Shown piece after piece: positions 56,055-64,000 of a stretch of 64,000 nucleotides of DNA (position 1 is its first letter; each line of letters begins with the position of its first letter). Origin of the DNA: Piromyces finnis finn. Lineage: Eukaryota; Fungi; Neocallimastigomycota. The notes under the pieces were generated by a model. The model made no database searches, had not been told where the DNA came from, and saw only the letters and a program-made list of their open reading frames with translations. The stretch is taken from positions 124,001 to 188,000 of the forward strand of contig MCFH01000026.1 in assembly GCA_002104945.1 (NCBI GenBank). Reading direction: 5' to 3'. Made by a program: the position numbers and the translations under genes.

Positions 56055-58959
56055 GGACTATTTTTTTCTTTACTGACAACAACTTGACGATCAACTTCAC
56101 TTTTAATAATATTATGATCTCTATTACTATTTTTATCAAATAATGATGATAATTGATATGAATGGTCTTCCACTGAGGACTTTTTATTATGGTTAATCCT
56201 ATTAAAATAAATAGTATCTTTATCTTTTCTTTCTAATCCATCGTCCCAATGATGACTTTTATCAAATGGATTATTAATATAAGGTGAATTTCGAATGAGC
56301 GGGGGGAGTTGATTAGACGAAAAAGGTGAATTCATTTTATTTTCATAACTATTTGAATCACCTTTTAGTTTATCTTGAAGATGATCCTTATAATTATCCT
56401 TATTTCTATAGATATAGGGCGAATGAGGGTGGTTTTGGAAGGAATCAATTGTATTTTGATTTGAATCTAACTTTGAGGGATAGTTGATAGAATTATCATA
56501 ATCATCAGGTATATGATGAGGGTTAATATGATCAGAATGGTTTTCTAAAGAAAAAATGTTGGGTTTAGTTTGATTCGAACCATTTGAAGAGGTATTAAAA
56601 GAAGAATAGTAGAAAGAATTTGAGTTAGAAAAGGTATCATTCTTAATGCTACTAAAATCATTTGAATTTTTGGTGAGACTATCCTTATCATTTAAAAGAC
56701 TTTGGATACTTTTTTTATAATTGATGTTGGAAGAGGAAGTATTATAAGGATTTAATTGTTGATCTATTGAGGAATGATCATTGTTTTTAGGTTTATGATC
56801 AAGTTTTATAGTTTTATTAGGATTATTCATTGAATTAAATATATCATAATCTTTTGGGTAAAAAAGTTCATGTGATCTTTTTCTATTGGTTGGTTGATAT
56901 GGATATAAGGAAAATCGCGTTTCTTTATAATAATTTCTATCATCTATTTCGCTATAATCGGTACTATTATCGATCCTATTATTATTATTATTATTATTAC
57001 TATTATTATTATTGTTGTTGTTGTTATTATTGTTATTGTTATTGTTATTGTTGTTGCTGTTGCTGTTGTTATTGTTGTTGTTATTATTATTGTTATTGTT
57101 GTTGTTGTTGTTGCTGTTGTTGTTGTTATAAGGAAAATGACATTTTTCAATAATAGGATCTTTATTATAACGATAATTATTATGTTTTTCTTGAATGGGA
57201 TAGGAATAGGTTTGATTATTTATGGGTATTTTATTAAAATTTTTGATTTCTTTATTGTAATTTTTATTGGTTGATATAAACGGATGTTGCTTTTCCAACG
57301 GTATTAAATTATTCCTTATATTTTCAATATTTTTTTCGGTTTCCTTTGAGTTTTCGTTTTGTCTTTCAACATAATAATAATTAGCATTGCTTGACGATAA
57401 TTTATTCTCCATCATATTATTTGAATTTTGATTTTTATTAATATTACTCATTTTATCATCGATACTACCATTATCATTTGGTTTTTCCCCACTTTTCTTT
57501 TTCTGTAATTTAACTGCATATACAGCACCACTCCTTAGAGCCATAAAAATAGTTTTTCTATGTGATGTTTTAAGTCGAGAAAGATCTTCATACGGTACTT
57601 CTTCATAATAAGCTTCATAATGAGTAGGATATCCTGGCTCTATAGGTACGCTTGGTAAAGTTAAAGGCCAATTTATAAATGTAAATGATGCATTATTCAT
57701 AGCTAATTGTTTCCATGGTATAGAATTTTCACTTTTAATCCCAGCTCTCCCTACATAATAATAAAAAATAATGAATAATTCAATTAATATTGCTTTATCT
57801 TTTTTTTTTTTTTCAAGTAACTATTTTTTTTTTTTTTTAATTTATTTATTATTCTATTATTATTAATAATCCATATTTAAATAAATCTTAATATTATTAA
57901 AAATATATATAATCTTTATAAATTGAATATATATAATCTAATCTATACTAATCTTAAATTTTACTATTCAAAATTTTTGTTAATTATATATTGAAAAATA
58001 AAATAATTTATTTTATATAATATATAGTCTATAATCATATAATCAGTTATATAATATATATATATATATATCAAATAAATTTATAAAAATAAATTAAATA
58101 TCATTAATTCCAAAATAAATTAAAAGTAAACTTTTAAAAAGTAAATTGAATACTCTATCTCTATCTATTATTAAACCATTTAAAAAAAAAAAAAAGAAAA
58201 TAAACAAACTAATTTTAATGAAATAATTATAAAATCCGTAATTAACTATTTACTTTACATTTATATATCATATTTAAAAAATAATAAATATAACTTACTC
58301 ATTAAAAAACGGCAAATCTGTATAATAAGTTTCTTTTGTTCATTTTGATTAAGTTTCTTAAATTCATCTAAAGTATTTACACCATTAAATTCTATATTTA
58401 ATTCTTTTTTCAGTTGTTCTATTTCTTCTCTTGTATATTTTAAATCTGATAAATCATCGGCATTATAATTTATTATATTAGCTTTAGCACTACTTCTTTC
58501 TTGTTGGTATTTTGATTTTTCCTTATTTAATTGCTTTTTTTCATATTTATTCTTTTCAGAAAATAATAAACTTTTAGGGGAATGTATTACCATGGAATGT
58601 GATAGTTCTCTATTACGGTCAACAAAAGGTTCTAAACATGAAAGATAGGAAAAATTAATGGTGGAAGGGTCACTGGATGGATTATAGTTATTTACATTTG
58701 AGGAAGAATTGTTTAAAAAAAGTTTATTGTCTGTAATAATAGCTTTATTATTTACAAATGAAAAATGATTGCTGTCATCATTGATATCATTTTTATCATT
58801 TCTACTAACGCTTTTTAAGTAATAGTCATTATAAAAATTATCACTGTTTTTATTACTACTATTATGATAGTCTTTAATAAAAATTTCCTCTTGTAATTGT
58901 GAATTACTATGATCTTTAATAGGTTTACTTGCTTTATTATTATTATTATTATAGTCCAT
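56009..58959 (-). CDS. Uncharacterised Asn-rich protein (~800 aa, 2 exons), possible transcriptional regulator
   Basis: Exons 58959-58299 (A|gtaagt) and 57750-56009 join in frame as ...LIIQICRFLMRRAGIKSENSIPWKQLAMNNASFTFINWP.... One short ordered region is flanked by low complexity; C-terminus MRISNLLFENR. The function is inferred only. Confidence 0.8.
56978..57127 (-). repeat. Coding AAC/AAT/AGC repeat (~50-residue poly-Asn)
   Basis: In frame in the 56009-57700 ORF. Confidence 0.92.
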
Positions 58960-61900
58960 TTTAAAATTTATTTTAACTTTCCATTATTTTTTTTTTAAAA
59001 AAAAAAAATTAATTTTGTTTCTATTTCCTTTCTCTCTTTTATTTTATTTTATTTTGAATGAAAAATATAAAGTATTTTTAAAAAAAAAGAAAGAATTATA
59101 AATATTGCCTATAGCTTTAATAACATTCAATGGTATATTATTATATTGTTTTCTTTATATTGAAAATATGATATATTTCCAATAGTTTTTTTCTTTTTTC
59201 TTTAATAAAAACTCTATTAATTTTCCTCTTTAAAGAGAAAAAAAAAGATAGAATATAATTAACAATAAATGATATTGTATAATATATATTTCTATTTTTG
59301 TAAAATTAGTTAAATACACGTTGATGGTGGTATTATTTATATTAATATATATATATATAAGTATATATATATTCTTTGTTGAAATTATGAAACACTTTTA
59401 TTTAAAAACATTTAGAATTGAATTTTTAAAATATATATATATTGTTTAATTTTTCTTTATTGCTATATAGATGTATGAGAGGGAATAGAGATTTTTAATA
59501 AAGATAAATAATAGTTTTCTTTATGTTTTATTTTTTGAAATTAAGTACTTGTTTTTTTTGTTAGTATTTATATATAAATTTTTAAATAAAATGTGTTTTA
59601 TAGTATTTCTTTTTATATTATTTAAAAGGATATAAAAATATCACTTTTAGTTTTATTTGATTATATTTATAAAATGTTGCTTTTAAATTTTTTTATTTTA
59701 CCATTATGACAGTGTTTTTTTAAAAAAAAAAAAAGTTAAAAAGTATTTTAAAAAAAAAAAAGATATTCTATTTCTTTTATATAAAAAAAAATTTTTTTTT
59801 ATTCTTATTATTACGCCGCCCAAAATTAATAATTTTGGTTATTTTTTTTTTTTAATAAATTTGAAATGGGAAAAACTAAGAAAGAATCAAAAAATGTTGG
59901 AAAAATAAATAAAGAAAAACATTAAAAAAGGTAAAAGTTAAAAATTAGTATTGCTGTAATTTCATTGGATAAATTGAATTTTTTAAATAATTATAAGGTT
60001 TATAATTAAATAGAATAACCAATATATTTTATTAATTTTAAAAAAAAACAATAATACTATATATACTATAATATATTATATGACATATATATAGTATTTT
60101 ATTAAGAGAAAAATTAAAGGTAAAAAAAAAAAATATAGATATAAATTATATATATAGTATTATTACTAAATCTTTTTTACAACTATTTTTATATAGAGTT
60201 GTAAAAAAGAAAAAATAAATAGGTATATATTGAAATAAAAGGTAATTTTACTTTTTAAATATACGATAGAATGGTAAACTAATAATAACAACTAGTAAGG
60301 AAAATTATCTAATAAAATATTGAGTGTAAACCTTAATTAATAATAGAATGATTTGGAATGATAAATAATATATAATGTAATAATATATTTGTATTGAAAT
60401 GTATTATATCATTTTAAAAATAATATATTTTAATCCTACAAAATTTATTGAATATATCATAAAGTAATAAAATTATTGATCTCATGTAAATAAAATTTGC
60501 CACTACATGAAATGTCAACATGAAAATGAACCAATATTGAATCGCTATTCTACATTGACCTAAATTTTTAGTTATAAAGTTATATTTAAAGAAAAAATCA
60601 TTATATTTTCAATGTTTTTATTTTTCTACTTTTTTTTTAAAAAAAAAAAACCTTAAATGGGTCTATTAATAAACTATAAAAAATTTTATTTATCACTTTA
60701 TCATCTACAATACATAGTATAGACATAAATAGATATAAATGATTTTTGTTGATGTTTTAATTTATTTATATAGATTAAAGATTTAATTATCCTTCATTAA
60801 TTTACTTTATGAATAAAAAAGAAAATTCAAGAGATTTTTTCTATTTCCTTTCTTTTTTTTTTTACTATGTATTTCATACTCTAGAGTTTTTTTATTGCTT
60901 ATCTTAGGCTTAAATGGATCTAGATATTTTTGCTAAGTCAAGAGTTTATTTTTAATTTTATTAAATTCTACATTATGTTTTCTCAAGCCACACTATTAAT
61001 ATTATTTTATAAATCAAAAAGAAAAGAAAATCCATGAAATATTATGAATTAGAGTTTGCTAAACTCTATCTCCTTATATGTATAACCAATAATATTCAAA
61101 CTTAAATTATACTTTCTTTTTCTATTTATGGAAAAATTAATTTAAAAAATTTTAAATATTTTATTTTCCACTATTACTACATTATTAAAATGTATTACAT
61201 TAATGTAGTTATACTATCTTTTATGATTGGTTGGATTATATGCTACAACCAAATAATACATTCAATAAACACTTTTAAAAGTAAAAGACATCATTACTAG
61301 ATCTTTTTATTTATTAATATATAAATAGAAAAGAGTGCATTACTTTCAAATGGTTAATGCTTTTTATAAAATTATTTATTTTTTAATAATAATAATATTA
61401 AATTATAAAGAGAATTTTAAGTTTTAAATAATATAATAATGTAATATAATGCAATATAATATATTAATATATTTTTTTTAACAGAAAATAATTAATTAAT
61501 CAATTAATCAAAATTTAAATCATCAATAATCAAGCGATTTTTTTATATAGTCTTTTGTTTTATTAAAAAAAAAGACAAGAAACCATATTTTATTGTCATA
61601 GCAAAAAAGGATAATTTTATTTTTTGACAGATAAAATTTTATATATTTGTTAATATATGGTTATTAGTATTAGGAAATATATTAAATTTAATGATATATA
61701 ATTAATAATAATATATTTTAATATATTGAAAACTTTATGTACAGAAAAGGTAAGTACGGAAAAATGAATATAAAATAGAAAAAATAAATTCTAACCCTTA
61801 ATAATAAATTGTCAATATTTTATCTTATATTCTTTTTAATAAAATAATTTGATTTTTTTTGGGGGAGAATACTATTTTAAATAGGTATTAATATATTAAA

Positions 61901-62475
61901 TAAGATTATATTTAATATATTAATATAAATTCAAATCAAATAAATTAATTGAATTTAGTACAATATACATTATACATATATTAATATATTCTGTTATTGA
62001 CTTTTTGAACTTTAAATCATACATTATAATTGTTCATAATATGTACATAATATGAAATTAATACATTAGTGCATTTTATACAAAATATTATAATGTAGTG
62101 TTTATTAGCCAATCAATCAAATTACAATATTCAATTTATAAAAGTCTAATGTATGAAATACTTTTTTTGTATTTATAAAACTGGATTAAATATAATATAA
62201 ATAAATAATTTTGATTTAAAGATGTTAAGTAATATGAAGATGTAAAGTAATATCTTATTTCGATTGGTTAAATTTATCAAGTTTTTATTATTACATATTG
62301 ATGTTATTGGTCTTGTTGGATTAAATTGCTCTATGTTATTTCCTTCTCAAACTGATTTAATAATATAATATAAAAAATGGTATTATCAAATCCTCATGAA
62401 ATTATCAAATCATCAAGTATATAATAACAATAAATCTTAAATTATTTGCAAGTACAAGGAAATTTCCTTTTTTTT

Positions 62476-62510
<35 letters not shown>

Positions 62511-62666
62511 TAAGAAATAAGTAAATTAGATAATGATTTTAACGAAAGCATATATATATATATTGAGGGATAAAAAATATTTCATTTTAATAATTAATAA
62601 TAAAGATTATAATTGAAAGAAAAAAAAACTTTTTTAAAATTAATGAAATCTTTATCATAGGCAAAA

Positions 62667-62704
<38 letters not shown>

Positions 62705-62933
62705 TTTATTAATCATGTGTTTGAAGTTTTAACTGTTGTGAGACTATCAATTTTTATATTGTATTTATTATATAAAATTATTTAAATAAAAAGAAAAAAT
62801 AATAATAATAGTTTTTTATTCAATTAAAGATTCTGCTTTCTTGAATAAAATTATTGACCAAGTAATAATAAATAAAAAAAAAAAGATCAATTATAAAATA
62901 TAAAAAAAAAAATTTTTTATTATTTTATTATAG

Positions 62934-62969
<36 letters not shown>

Positions 62970-63012
62970 TCTACAAATTATCTACGGTTTTGTTTGGTTA
63001 CTATTTAAATAA

Positions 63013-63050
63013 GATTAAAACTATTATTCATGATTAAAACTATTATTCAT
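63013..63050. repeat. 19-bp tandem duplication spanning the stop codon of the secreted-protein gene
   Basis: gattaaaactattattcat at 63013-63031 and 63032-63050. Confidence 0.9.
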
Positions 63051-63459
63051 GAAGATCAATATATTGAATTTCTTGCTGTTCATAATCACATGTACTAGTA
63101 TTAGAATTCCATATCATATTTTGTTCTAAGCAAGTTTCTTTGGTATGCTTTATACATTTTTCACCTGTCCAATACATATTTTCGTTATTACAAGCAATTT
63201 CTTCGGTAAAGAAACACTTATTTTTAGCTTTGTCCCAATAATAATTATTAGAGATACATGTTTTTTCTGTATAATCTTCACAGGAAATACCATTCCAGTA
63301 TTTCATATTACGAATACAAGAAAACATATGACTGTCCTTTCCAAAAATGGAACGTCTATCTTTTGATTTATGTAGATTACTTTCTACTTTTGAACATTCT
63401 ACTTTTAAACTAAAAAGACTTAAACTTAATACAATAAATAAATGATATATACACTTCAT
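63043..63459 (-). CDS. Small secreted Cys/Trp-repeat protein (138 aa, intronless)
   Basis: ATG at 63459 in AAA-ATG context. Signal-peptide-like MKCIYHLFIVLSLSLFSLKVEC, dibasic DRR, then four C-x6-W-x4/6-C units at ~20-22-aa spacing. Confidence 0.8.
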   Translation of the reverse strand: MKCIYHLFIVLSLSLFSLKVECSKVESNLHKSKDRRSIFGKDSHMFSCIRNMKYWNGISCEDYTEKTCISNNYYWDKAKNKCFFTEEIACNNENMYWTGEKCIKHTKETCLEQNMIWNSNTSTCDYEQQEIQYIDLHE

Positions 63460-63898
63460 TTTTCTTTTAATATAAATTAATATTTCAAAATGATAAAAAA
63501 AACTAAAAAAATGAAAAAAGAACCAGAACAAAAAAAAAGCAAATAAATATAAAATATATATATATATTAGTATTGTTCTAACACTATTGTTAAGACCTGA
63601 TAATCATATAATTTATAATGAATTAATAAAATGACAATTATACAAGAATAAAAGAATTAATTATTAATATGTAATATAATTAATAAAAAAAAAAAGTTTA
63701 TATTTTTTTCCCCAATAGTAAAGTCTCCTCCTTAATTTAATCCATTAATTAGAAAGTTGTGAATTTTTTAAATTCATACTGTTCCTCTCAATTTATCTTA
63801 ATTTAGATAGTAATAGATAAAACACTTTTAATATTTTGAATTAATAAACTTTATGCTTATAAAAAAAGTTTGTTTTTCTTCTTTTTTTATATAAAGTT

Positions 63899-64000
63899 TA
63901 GTTATCACCATATAAATTAAATAGGTTATAAAGTTTAAAGTTCATTTCTTAGTTATCACCATATAAATTAAATAGGTTATAAAGTTTAAAGTTTATTTCT
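63899..64000. repeat. 51-bp minisatellite, at least 2 copies, cut by the window end
   Basis: tagttatcaccatataaattaaataggttataaagtttaaagtt(c/t)atttct at 63899-63949 and 63950-64000. Confidence 0.9.

Noticed and set aside
56009-58959. Assignment to the Gti1/Pac2 (WOPR) family
   Set aside because: No WOPR signature motifs are visible in the ordered segment.
62033-62056. 24-bp near-palindrome ttcataatatgtacataatatgaa
   Set aside because: Has a mismatch and is very AT-rich; plausible by chance.
62220-62460. Possible retroelement relic (LHIDVIG on plus; ILDDLIIS and PTRPITSI on minus)
   Set aside because: The motifs are short, in different frames or strands, and interrupted by stops; unsupportable without a tblastn or HMM search.
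63043-63531. Upstream 63531 start for the secreted protein, its dockerin/CBM identity, and antisense ORF 63145-63366
   Set aside because: The extension is T-rich UTR-like sequence, while ATG 63459 has good context and begins the signal peptide. Cys spacing does not fit dockerin or CBM18. The plus ORF is an antisense shadow.

Overview
Very AT-rich eukaryotic DNA with short GT-AG introns, homopolymer tracts and (AAT)n microsatellites. An axonemal dynein sits next to fungal-type genes (Jsn1/Puf1-type Pumilio, Kin1/MARK, Hrd1, Sui1), which points to a zoosporic fungus, most likely an anaerobic gut fungus (Neocallimastigomycota); the taxon is an inference. I built ten protein-coding gene models by hand, checking splice phase at every junction. 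Nine are on the minus strand: an IQ-motif low-complexity protein (truncated at the window start), a DNAH6-type inner-arm dynein heavy chain (11 exons, ~4671 aa), eIF1/SUI1 (starting with 7-nt and 9-nt microexons), HRD1, a Jsn1/Puf1-type RRM+Pumilio protein, a coiled-coil protein, a Kin1/MARK kinase, an unknown Asn-rich putative regulator and a small secreted Cys/Trp-repeat protein. One coiled-coil gene is on the plus strand. No tRNA, rRNA, CRISPR array or intact transposon was seen. Best leads: a GC-richer intergenic island with an RNase MRP CR-V-like motif and a long closing helix (53767-54093); the poor-context eIF1 start codon on a microexon; the orphan secreted Cys/Trp-repeat protein; the unknown regulator whose C-terminal motif is duplicated past its stop codon; a perfect 19-bp hairpin; and isolated E2F/SBF-like CG motifs. 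I found no clear evidence of a new multi-gene system.
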